A DNA stretch of 64,000 nucleotides from a virus. Of this stretch, positions 19,976 through 28,346 are shown piece after piece. Numbering within the stretch: the stretch's first letter is position 1; each line of letters opens with the position of its first letter. The notes under the pieces were generated by a model that was not told the DNA's origin, ran no database searches, and saw only the letters and a list, made by a program, of their open reading frames with translations. The stretch lies in the IMG/VR virus record IMGVR_UViG_3300025141_000025, positions 64,001-128,000 of that record; one strand, given 5' to 3'. The position numbers were made by a program, and so were the translations under genes.

Positions 19976-22900
19976 TCATTCGTCTAATGGGATGAGCGCC
20001 ATTTTAAACTTTTTGCCGCTCTTATTATTGACAACACAGAGGTAATCCTCTTCCTCCACGATTGTCCAATCTCCCCTTTCGTTCTTGAGATGTAAATCTC
20101 CAGTATAAATATTAGCAAATCTTCGAGTTGGTGAACCTAAATTAGAACCGTGATCAGCCCCCGGCAGGAACGACCCACTGGTCACTAAATCACCTCCAAA
20201 GAGGGCAGCACCCTTCACCGAGGATCCTGCAGCGCCAACTGTACCTGAAACGAAGAAATTAACATCTGTTCCATTAGCCTCATTGGAGCTGGTCGCTGCC
20301 CCGCCCGAAAGTATCAGAACCTGGTCTGTTGATCCGTTGACAAAGATACCTGTCTTATTATTAGTATTGACTGTAAAGTCCCAGCCTTGACTAGAAACAT
20401 CAAATACTACGTTACCCTTGGTATTGATTGCCCCCTGCGGCGCGTATAATGACAATGTGTTAGAGGCTTGCTGCCAATTGATGTAGTTGTTTGAGTCTTC
20501 TCCATAAACCTGAAAGTCTACACCGTGATCATCTTGTCCTAGTGTTAGTTTACCGTGATCACCACCATCAGCATCCCATTGGAGCCCGATAGCACTCGAG
20601 TCTTCTCCGTAGAATATAACATCCTGACCCGCGCCTGGAGTGCTGACATAAAGTGCTCCGGATATAACAGCATCACCACCAAAAACTGTAGTGCCTCTCG
20701 CAGAAGTTCCTCTAGATCCGACTGTTCCTGAAACATAGAAGTTAACATCAGCACCAGAGGCTTCATTATATGAAGTTGCTCCCCCTCCAGAAAGTATTAG
20801 AACTTGATCTGTTGATCCATCAACAAATAGAGCATTTTCTTTATTATCAGACTCAACTCTAAAATCGACTGCAGCACCTTGCTCATTGAATACTGCCCCG
20901 CCATCTGAAGCGAAGTAGATGTCAGCATTACCAGGAGTTGCAGAATTTGTACCTACACTCAAAGAACCGGTGGTTGCAATAATTTCGTTAGCTGGACCGC
21001 TCCACCCAACTGCATCAGCCGCTCCACCACCAGATGAAGCTATTGTTACCTGTCCATTTGTGCCGGATGCGATCGTAATGTTGGCTCCAGCAACAAGATA
21101 AGATAGACCGGCGGATGTTTGGTGAATGGATCCAGAAATTGAACCGCCGTTTACGTTGTAGTTTTCTACAGTCAGAGAACCGCTTGTTAGAACGTCACCA
21201 CCGAAGAGGGCAGTTCCTTTTGCGCCGGCGCCTCTTGACCCTACGGCACCAGAAACGAATAAATTAACATCAGTTCCGTTTGCCTCATTTGGGCTAGTTG
21301 CTGCCGACAATGCGCCTGATAGGATCAGCACCTGTGATCCGCTTAGGAATACCTGTCCTTCTGCTCCTAAATTAATGCCGCCCTTTGTGTCTAGGTGAAT
21401 GGAGTCAGCATCAGATGACTCAACATCTACATGGAATTTTTTTCCGCTAGTGGCATCTACGTCAAATAACATACCGCCGGCGGTTGATTTTAATTTTATA
21501 GAATCAGCATCATTTGCAGTCGTTGCTTGGATGAGTACTGTTCCGTATCCATTGGCACCATCTGCGTCTAATCGTATACCACCCTCATCAGTTGCCATCC
21601 ATATAGAGGTAGCAGATTGTGATTCGTCAACAGAAAGATAGAACGTTGGGTTCGTTGCAACAGTACCACAAATCCTTGTATCCAAACCCCTTCCGCCGAT
21701 ATACCGTGACATACCTGCAGTCGCAACCGGAGTAGACAAGTCATATCCAGCGTCTATGTGTATTATACCCTTGTTTGCAGAAAGTTGTATTGCCCTGTCA
21801 GAAGATGTTCCCGACTCTTTATCCGATTTTAGTTCAATCATCGGACTGTTCGTGCCGTCATCACCAGAAGCGCCGAGGTAAATGGGCACTGACATAGCTG
21901 TCGTTCCGCTTACGTATAAACCTCCTGACACCATCAGGTCTCCACCAAAAACCGATGAACCTCTTACGGAGGTACCCCTGGAACCAACAGAACCTGAAAC
22001 AAAGAAACTAGAATCAGCACCCGGAATGGGGGGTGCCGCTGACGAAAATTCTGCGCTAGTACTACCAACAACAACTTGAGATGATGTAACAGTAAGTTGA
22101 CCCGTACCAGAATTGAGACCTAAACCCATAGCCCCAGCGGCTATAACCAAACCGGCAGCTCCGTTGGTAGCTAACAAAAAAGCTTGCTGGTCAGTTTCAT
22201 CTGGGTCTAATATAATTCTACCGGCATTAATAGTCAGGTCATTGTCACCATCCTCACTTATTGTAGAATTGCCAACCTTAAGTGAACTTGATGCGTATAA
22301 AGTTCCACTAGTAAATAAATCACCACCGAACACCGCGGTGCCCTTTGCCGAAGTACCCTTGGAACCAATTGAACCAGAAACATAAAAAGCGATGTCCGGC
22401 TTTGCGGATTCATCTACAGAAGTAGCCGCTCCACCAGATAGAATTAAAACCTGTTCATTGGAAGGCTGGGCAATACCGTAGATTAGCTTTTTCCCGGTCG
22501 TATCTGCATAAACGTTAAAGTCAACGTCGTTAGCGCTGTTATTAATATTAATTTCTTTTTGGGAAGAAGCCTGATCAAGTTGCAATGTTACGGTGCCACC
22601 CGCCTCCAAGGTCATAACATTGTCAGTTAAATTAATTCTTGTATGTGTATCATTAATGTGGCTGATGTATTGAGAAACAAACAACCCATCAGAACCAGAA
22701 ATTGCAAGAGATCCCGTTGATGAAATCCACCCTGCGCCTTCTCCACCACCTGGGGTATTCCCTGCCGAACCTGTAAACCACCCAGTGACTTCTCCGATTC
22801 CACTTCCGCCTCCAAGGCCGTGAACCGTTCCGGAAATTACGACGTCGCCACCAAAGACTGCTGTTCCTCGGACAGATGTACCCCGAGAGCCGGCTGTACC

Positions 22901-23434
22901 AGAAACATAGAAATTGATATCAGCCGCAGCTGCCTCATTATATGAAGTTGCCCCTCCACCCGAAAGAATTAGGACCTGGTCTGTACTAGCATCAACAAAA
23001 ATTGAATGAGTCTTTGTGTTGGACTCTACCCTAAAGTCGTTTTCAGATCCACCCTCACCAGATTCGTTAACTACTAATCCCTCGTGGATGGTTGCACTTT
23101 GAGAAACGACCAGTGATCCTGAAACCATCAGGGATCCTGTCGTTACTTGATTAACCTCAGCAACCAGTTTTTCTGCGTACATTGTACCGGAAATTACGAC
23201 GTCTCCACCAAAAAGTGTGACCGCTTCGCGGGTGCTTTTACTACCGGTGACAAACATGAATACATCAGTACCCACATCAGCAAGGAGTGTGGCATTTGAT
23301 AAAGCCTCCCCTTCATAGTTTGCAGAATCCGAAGCAGAAACTATTAGTATGCTTGGTTTATTTCCGACACCTGAACCGGATGCAATTATCTGTGAAAGCC
23401 TAACCTGACTAGCTCTAAAATCTTTAGTTGCCAT
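19976..23434 (-). CDS. Long fibre-like virion protein (1152 aa)
   Basis: Seven FGGDxxxSG repeats; C-term NLGSPTRRFANIYTGDLHLKNERGDWT..EE. Confidence 0.7.
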   Translation of the reverse strand: MATKDFRASQVRLSQIIASGSGVGNKPSILIVSASDSANYEGEALSNATLLADVGTDVFMFVTGSKSTREAVTLFGGDVVISGTMYAEKLVAEVNQVTTGSLMVSGSLVVSQSATIHEGLVVNESGEGGSENDFRVESNTKTHSIFVDASTDQVLILSGGGATSYNEAAAADINFYVSGTAGSRGTSVRGTAVFGGDVVISGTVHGLGGGSGIGEVTGWFTGSAGNTPGGGEGAGWISSTGSLAISGSDGLFVSQYISHINDTHTRINLTDNVMTLEAGGTVTLQLDQASSQKEININNSANDVDFNVYADTTGKKLIYGIAQPSNEQVLILSGGAATSVDESAKPDIAFYVSGSIGSKGTSAKGTAVFGGDLFTSGTLYASSSLKVGNSTISEDGDNDLTINAGRIILDPDETDQQAFLLATNGAAGLVIAAGAMGLGLNSGTGQLTVTSSQVVVGSTSAEFSSAAPPIPGADSSFFVSGSVGSRGTSVRGSSVFGGDLMVSGGLYVSGTTAMSVPIYLGASGDDGTNSPMIELKSDKESGTSSDRAIQLSANKGIIHIDAGYDLSTPVATAGMSRYIGGRGLDTRICGTVATNPTFYLSVDESQSATSIWMATDEGGIRLDADGANGYGTVLIQATTANDADSIKLKSTAGGMLFDVDATSGKKFHVDVESSDADSIHLDTKGGINLGAEGQVFLSGSQVLILSGALSAATSPNEANGTDVNLFVSGAVGSRGAGAKGTALFGGDVLTSGSLTVENYNVNGGSISGSIHQTSAGLSYLVAGANITIASGTNGQVTIASSGGGAADAVGWSGPANEIIATTGSLSVGTNSATPGNADIYFASDGGAVFNEQGAAVDFRVESDNKENALFVDGSTDQVLILSGGGATSYNEASGADVNFYVSGTVGSRGTSARGTTVFGGDAVISGALYVSTPGAGQDVIFYGEDSSAIGLQWDADGGDHGKLTLGQDDHGVDFQVYGEDSNNYINWQQASNTLSLYAPQGAINTKGNVVFDVSSQGWDFTVNTNNKTGIFVNGSTDQVLILSGGAATSSNEANGTDVNFFVSGTVGAAGSSVKGAALFGGDLVTSGSFLPGADHGSNLGSPTRRFANIYTGDLHLKNERGDWTIVEEEDYLCVVNNKSGKKFKMALIPLDE

Positions 23435-23435
23435 C

Positions 23436-23750
23436 TTATCCTCTATAGTTCTTTTCTATCACAAACAGAAAACTACCCTGCGCCGAACCGGTGATAGGGC
23501 CACCAACTGATTGTGAAAGCACCAATTTTGTATCTGTGTTGACATGCGAACCACTAAAAAAATTCACATTCCCATATGGATTTTCGGTGGTGTCATTACC
23601 AAAATGAGTCATAAATCCATAAAATTTACCCTTTGAATCTAGGTTTGTAACTTCGGCCCCTGATGATCCTGACAACAGGTGTACATTAGTTTCTATATTT
23701 GTCACCGTAACAGTAGGTCCTGTTAAAATTGAGAAATTAGATAACCTCAC
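23436..23750 (-). CDS. Hypothetical protein, probably fibre-associated
   Basis: In operon, abutting the fibre gene; beta-rich composition. Confidence 0.5.
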   Translation of the reverse strand: MRLSNFSILTGPTVTVTNIETNVHLLSGSSGAEVTNLDSKGKFYGFMTHFGNDTTENPYGNVNFFSGSHVNTDTKLVLSQSVGGPITGSAQGSFLFVIEKNYRG

Positions 23751-24094
23751 GAGCCCAACCTTACTGCTAAAATGTCGACATAACCTGTAAAGGGTGCGGA
23801 TGCCTTTATTGTCGCCTGCACTGAGTTTGTGTTATTTCCGTCTATGTAAATGTTTACATTCGGCCCACCAACATCGCCACCATCCCGCAAGAGGGCAATC
23901 AATTGATAACTAGCATCAGGAAATTGCACCTCGTATGTAAGGGTTGCTGTGGCGGTATTGTCAAAATATAAAGATCCAACTTCAATAGCTAGATACTCAT
24001 CACCCTGGTAGGTCATTCTTTTTGGTGCCCTTACCAGAGGGTATCTTTTTGAATATCTATTTCTATCAAATAATCTCGCTCTCAGACTTCCCAT
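23747..24094 (-). CDS. Hypothetical protein, probably structural
   Basis: GAGGTG RBS; GTGA overlap with the next gene. Confidence 0.55.
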   Translation of the reverse strand: MGSLRARLFDRNRYSKRYPLVRAPKRMTYQGDEYLAIEVGSLYFDNTATATLTYEVQFPDASYQLIALLRDGGDVGGPNVNIYIDGNNTNSVQATIKASAPFTGYVDILAVRLGS

Positions 24095-24110
24095 TACACA
24101 CCTCTGGGAC

Positions 24111-24118
24111 TAAATATC
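24111..24118 (-). promoter_or_regulatory. Candidate late-promoter motif GATA(C/T)TTA (one of six intergenic copies)
   Basis: Same minus-strand octamer also at 32836-32843, 40634-40641, 55269-55276, 55779-55786 and 56778-56785, each in a gap upstream of a gene start. Confidence 0.45.
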
Positions 24119-24134
24119 TGAATGCGTGAGGATT

Positions 24135-25439
24135 TTATAGTAAATGCGAAGCTTCCGACGCAATAGTTGATCTAATTCCGATTGGTAAGTTTACATGTGA
24201 AGTGTTTAAAGATTCACGTAATTTTTTTGTTACCAGCGAAAGACCGTTAGTGTGCTTGTTAATGTAGGGGGTGTCTATTTGATCTGTATCACCCATGAGT
24301 ACTATTTTAGAACCTTCGCCAACCCGAGTAATTACAGTCTTTAATTCGTGAATTGTTGCATTCTGTGCCTCATCAAGGATAATATAAGAATTCGTGAAAG
24401 TTCTACCCCTAATGAAACTCATAGGCGCAATTTCAATTAATCCATTTACCCGCATGAGCTCAAACATACTTTTATCTTTAAAATGGTTTCTTAGATTGTC
24501 CATAACAGGAGCCATCCACGGCATCATTTTTTCATTCATGTCACCAGGGAGGTATCCAATTTCTTTTCCAACAGGTTGAATATTTCTAGTAATAACAATT
24601 CTTTCATACTTTCCTTGCTGTACTTGGCTAATTCCGGCCACCAAACTAAGAAAAGTCTTGCCTGATCCTGCCAAACCGGTCATTGTGACTAATGGAATTT
24701 TATCATTTAATAGCGCCCATAACGCAAATTTTTGTTCCTTATTTTTACCAGTCACGCCAAATGTTCCGCCTAATTTAACTTCATTATCAGGCACATGTAC
24801 CAACTGGCTGTTGAACGCATCGAATGCACATAATGCTGACTGGCCATCCTGCGATTTCATTAGCACAAAAGTATTGGGACTTAAATCACACTCATAATCT
24901 ATTTTTTTATCCTTGTACATTTGATCAATTTGATCCGCTTCTGGGATTATTTCTACAACACCAGGCCAATTATCTTCAGGAACATCTATGTAGTCAGTAT
25001 AGTAATCATCTGACATTAAACCTACTGCATCGCACTTGACGCGAAGGTTAATATCCTTGGAAACAACCACGATTGTCCTGTGAGGCTCACACGTATTCAT
25101 CTGGAGGGCTTCTAACAAAATCCTATTGTCACCATTATCTACGTTCAAAGGGAAGTTCTGGGGTACCTCTGGATAGGTCAGACGTACTGATACAGTGGCG
25201 CCGTTATCTAAGGGTGCCCCGGCATGCAATGGACCTTTTTCCCTAAGGGAGTCTAACAGCCTGTTAATGTATCTTGCATTTTCCCCAAGTGAACCTGGTT
25301 TTTCCTTGAATCTATCTAGCTCATCTATAACAACTAGTGGAAGTACTATGTCACAATTTTGAAAACTTTCTAGCGACATTTTATCATACAGCATTACGCT
25401 GGTGTCTAGAACAATTGTCTTACGTTTATTTTTTGTCAT
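24135..25439 (-). CDS. phoH: PIN-PhoH protein (PhoH2/YlaK type)
   Basis: PIN: VLDTSV, DELD, DNRIL, SKDINLRVK. PhoH: GLAGSGKT, GYLPG, FIRGRT, LDEAQN, TRVGEGSK, GDTDQID. Confidence 0.92.
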   Translation of the reverse strand: MTKNKRKTIVLDTSVMLYDKMSLESFQNCDIVLPLVVIDELDRFKEKPGSLGENARYINRLLDSLREKGPLHAGAPLDNGATVSVRLTYPEVPQNFPLNVDNGDNRILLEALQMNTCEPHRTIVVVSKDINLRVKCDAVGLMSDDYYTDYIDVPEDNWPGVVEIIPEADQIDQMYKDKKIDYECDLSPNTFVLMKSQDGQSALCAFDAFNSQLVHVPDNEVKLGGTFGVTGKNKEQKFALWALLNDKIPLVTMTGLAGSGKTFLSLVAGISQVQQGKYERIVITRNIQPVGKEIGYLPGDMNEKMMPWMAPVMDNLRNHFKDKSMFELMRVNGLIEIAPMSFIRGRTFTNSYIILDEAQNATIHELKTVITRVGEGSKIVLMGDTDQIDTPYINKHTNGLSLVTKKLRESLNTSHVNLPIGIRSTIASEASHLL

Positions 25440-25493
25440 TGAAAATCCGAATGTTAAAAATTACATTACAGATAATAAGTAGGCAAAAAGTAT

Positions 25494-25670
25494 ATGAAAA
25501 GTAAAGAAGAAGAAAATAAGCCATCGCAGGTGATAAAAAAAACAATGAGAGAAGCTTCATTGCAAGAAATAGGTGATAAGCTTGGATTGACTAGAATGCG
25601 AATCTGTCAAATAGAAAAACTAATTCTGGAAAAAATTAGAGATAGCAAAGAATTGGAAGAGTTTAAATAA
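25494..25670 (+). CDS. Stand-alone sigma-70 region 4 HTH mini-protein (58 aa)
   Basis: Not in ORF track. Manual translation MKSKEEENKPSQVIKKTMREASLQEIGDKLGLTRMRICQIEKLILEKIRDSKELEEFK* matches the TLxEIGxxxGxTRERxRQIE pattern. Confidence 0.7.
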   Translation: MKSKEEENKPSQVIKKTMREASLQEIGDKLGLTRMRICQIEKLILEKIRDSKELEEFK

Positions 25671-25701
25671 AAAATGCGGTGAATAAAATATTCACCGCAT
25701 T
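25669..25701 (-). terminator. Intrinsic terminator hairpin between convergent genes
   Basis: AATGCGGTGAATA-AAA-TATTCACCGCATT, perfect 13-bp stem, with an A-run on the left (U-tail on the minus strand). Confidence 0.8.
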
Positions 25702-25724
25702 GTGAGCTTGCAAGCTAGTGTGTA

Positions 25725-25931
25725 TCACACACCTTTTCTTGATTTTTCTTCTGAGATTGTTAACTTAACAAGGTCAGCAGATCTTCCTTTTAAAATTCGT
25801 AGTGCTCTTCTAGCTCTCACTCCGGCCGCTGAATTTCCATTTGCATTCTTAACGACATCGACCTCTGCCGCTTCGACGAGTGCTTTTACCTCACTCCATG
25901 CCTCTAAAATTGAATTTGACGTGTCACTCAT
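25725..25931 (-). CDS. Histone H1-like (Hc1 family) small DNA-binding protein
   Basis: NGNSAAGVRARRAL resembles the GNKAAGTRARK signature. Confidence 0.7.
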   Translation of the reverse strand: MSDTSNSILEAWSEVKALVEAAEVDVVKNANGNSAAGVRARRALRILKGRSADLVKLTISEEKSRKGV

Positions 25932-25942
25932 TTTTTAAACTC

Positions 25943-26290
25943 CTAGGTGTAAATTTTTGTCTTATCGTTGACGTCTGATATTTTTGCCGTTGCTTCATTG
26001 TGAAATCTTTCACTCTCTTCTACAAAGGCATTAATTTTGTTCATGACATGAACATCCTCTAATTCTAGTGCAAGAAGCCTTATAATGTAAATAATTTGTG
26101 ACTGACTTACACCAAAATCCATTATCTCTTTCACAATTTCGCGAGCTTTTGAACGATTTAAAAGATCACTTCTTTCTTCTTGCGAAAGAGCTTTAACTTT
26201 GTCGTTTTTATTTTTTTCTACTTTTGATTGTGTCTTTTTCGGTTTTGTTGGAAATGAAACCTCGAATGTTACATTGTCTTTTTTGTTCAT
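25943..26290 (-). CDS. Hypothetical protein
   Basis: In operon with ATGA overlap. Confidence 0.55.
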   Translation of the reverse strand: MNKKDNVTFEVSFPTKPKKTQSKVEKNKNDKVKALSQEERSDLLNRSKAREIVKEIMDFGVSQSQIIYIIRLLALELEDVHVMNKINAFVEESERFHNEATAKISDVNDKTKIYT

Positions 26291-26748
26291 AGGTATTCCT
26301 TTCTAGAAAATGATTCTACACGAAATTTACGCTCATTTACTATTCTAAGTATCTTTCCTGTTTTGTCACCATCAGTTGATTCAGTTGATAATACTATGAC
26401 GGAATCCCATGCTTTATTTTCTAGAATAGATCTAGCATATTGATAATCAGGAATTTCCAAGTCATAATTTTGAAATAATTCGACTAATTCACTAGGTAAT
26501 GATATTGCTACATCGTTAATTTTTTCAATGGCGGCAGATTCATCTTTTCCTGCCACAATTTCCGATTTACAAATGTCATAAACCTTATGAATTGTCCCAC
26601 AATTATTACACTGAGAAAAACTTGGCACAACAGTATCTGATTTATCTATGGCGCTAAATACCACAAATTTATGATAAACCGTCTCACTTCTTTCTCTGTA
26701 TTGGGGCAAAACGCAGTGACATTCAATAATGTGCTTTGTTCCGTGCAT
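26287..26748 (-). CDS. Hypothetical Zn-binding protein
   Basis: CHC and CNNC..H motifs. Confidence 0.55.
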   Translation of the reverse strand: MHGTKHIIECHCVLPQYRERSETVYHKFVVFSAIDKSDTVVPSFSQCNNCGTIHKVYDICKSEIVAGKDESAAIEKINDVAISLPSELVELFQNYDLEIPDYQYARSILENKAWDSVIVLSTESTDGDKTGKILRIVNERKFRVESFSRKEYL

Positions 26749-26967
26749 TTATTTTGAGTATAAATTACTGATATATCCAACTAATCCATCGGTGTTGGTT
26801 GTGACCAATGAATTAATTTTAGATCTTAATTCTGATAATTTTTCGTTGCTTAGCGTTTCGTTCTTTTCTTCAACTAACACTTGAAATATTTGCTGCGCTA
26901 ATACAGCATTTCTATCTAATACTGCACGACAAACTGTGCCTTCACTAGGACTATTTGTTTTTTTCAT
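26749..26967 (-). CDS. Hypothetical protein
   Basis: In operon, abutting both neighbours. Confidence 0.5.
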   Translation of the reverse strand: MKKTNSPSEGTVCRAVLDRNAVLAQQIFQVLVEEKNETLSNEKLSELRSKINSLVTTNTDGLVGYISNLYSK

Positions 26968-28184
26968 TTGTGACTCCTATTGTCAGATGTGATAACTGCA
27001 CCTAGGTTTTGTAAAATTTCATCAATGCTTTTAATACTCTTCTTTGCTGACAAATATGAAGAAATTGCAATGGGTAATGTACATTTTTCAAATTCTATTT
27101 GCATAATGCCTGACCTTGATGAAAACCTTGAAATTGCTAATAGCGTTTTTACCCTATCAATTGTTAGGCCGGCCATGTTTCCGAGATCTCGCCCTAGGCT
27201 TATTTTTATTTTTCTCTCATTTGATGAATTCGATGATTGAATTATAATTTTGTTTGCAGAAACTGATACATTTATTGTTTCTTCTAGTTTGATATTCCTT
27301 AATTCGCTTCCTATTATTGAAGAAGCACATGTAACATTTTGATTTTCTAAAGATAGAAAATTTTCATAACCCCAATCACTTGCGACAAAAGGAATAACTC
27401 GTAATTTTTTATTTTTATAATTTGAACTTAGGGTATTTGCAACATCCGGCAAAAATCCATTTGCTGCAATGATTACATGTTGTTGGTTTGATTTTTCTAA
27501 AATATGGTGAATTTGTGAAACGTTTTCAATAATACCATCTATCGCCAATACATGGGATTTTCCTGAATATTCAAAATCTTCGCCTAAAGATGAAGCAAAA
27601 AGACTGTCTATGTTCCCTTTTATTGAATGCCCTGTAATAACTGACACATGGCTTCCAAAATGTTTTCCTTCACTAACGTTCACTTCGCAACCGTTGCTGC
27701 CAATAGTAAAAGCATGCTTTGCAATGCTCGTTGCCAATCCATTGGAACCCCAATTGACTAAAAGATTTTCAACATCTTTTTTTTGTACTCGTGGGCTGCT
27801 AGATAAGTTTTTAATGTTTCCAACAAACATCATACACGTGATAATTCCTGATCCACCTTGTTTTACTTCGGCGGAAAAGAAACAACTTAATAAAATATTT
27901 CTTACTGCATGGTCAATACTTGAACTTCTGGACCAATAAGAAATAATTCTATGAAAATCTAACAAACAAGCGTTGTTTATCTTGTCTGCATAGTGAATCG
28001 TATGTTTGCCACTCAATAAATCAATCAATATTTTTCTCAACTCTTCTCGAGCTTTAATAATTGAACGATTTATTGAATTTACATCTGCATAAACTCTAGT
28101 GTACGTTTTTTGAGTTGAAGTGCTGCATTGGGTCAATGTGTTCCGCCGCCGCAGCAACCTTTTCGATAAAATTTCCTGCTGCAT
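26964..28184 (-). CDS. Degenerate GroEL/chaperonin-like protein (true start uncertain, probably downstream of 28184)
   Basis: EVNVSEGKHFGSHVSVITG resembles VITVEDGTGLQDELDVVEG; IDGIIENVSQIHHILE..HVIIAANGFLPDVANTLSSN resembles the apical-domain KKISNIRELLPVLE..LLIIAEDVEGEALATLVVN. Confidence 0.5.
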   Translation of the reverse strand: MQQEILSKRLLRRRNTLTQCSTSTQKTYTRVYADVNSINRSIIKAREELRKILIDLLSGKHTIHYADKINNACLLDFHRIISYWSRSSSIDHAVRNILLSCFFSAEVKQGGSGIITCMMFVGNIKNLSSSPRVQKKDVENLLVNWGSNGLATSIAKHAFTIGSNGCEVNVSEGKHFGSHVSVITGHSIKGNIDSLFASSLGEDFEYSGKSHVLAIDGIIENVSQIHHILEKSNQQHVIIAANGFLPDVANTLSSNYKNKKLRVIPFVASDWGYENFLSLENQNVTCASSIIGSELRNIKLEETINVSVSANKIIIQSSNSSNERKIKISLGRDLGNMAGLTIDRVKTLLAISRFSSRSGIMQIEFEKCTLPIAISSYLSAKKSIKSIDEILQNLGAVITSDNRSHK

Positions 28185-28344
28185 TAAAGAACATCTCTTT
28201 TTTCTGGTTTTTGTTAATTTCTATGCCAATTCTAAAAATTGCGCCAAGTATACCTAATACCAACAAAGTAATTGATAAACCGAAACTAGTGGAGTTCAGA
28301 AACACCCCACTCAAAATTAAAACCTCAGAGGCAAATCCACGCAT
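28096..28344 (-). CDS. Small membrane protein
   Basis: Two hydrophobic stretches; ATG at 28344 just after the prkA stop. Confidence 0.55.
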   Translation of the reverse strand: MRGFASEVLILSGVFLNSTSFGLSITLLVLGILGAIFRIGIEINKNQKKEMFFNAAGNFIEKVAAAAEHIDPMQHFNSKNVH

Positions 28345-28346
28345 CT

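Noticed and set aside
17252-22385. Long plus-strand ORFs opposite the fibre genes (e.g. 17953-18738)
   Set aside because: Antisense shadows of repetitive Gly/Ser/Ala/Asp codons; no RBS or motifs.
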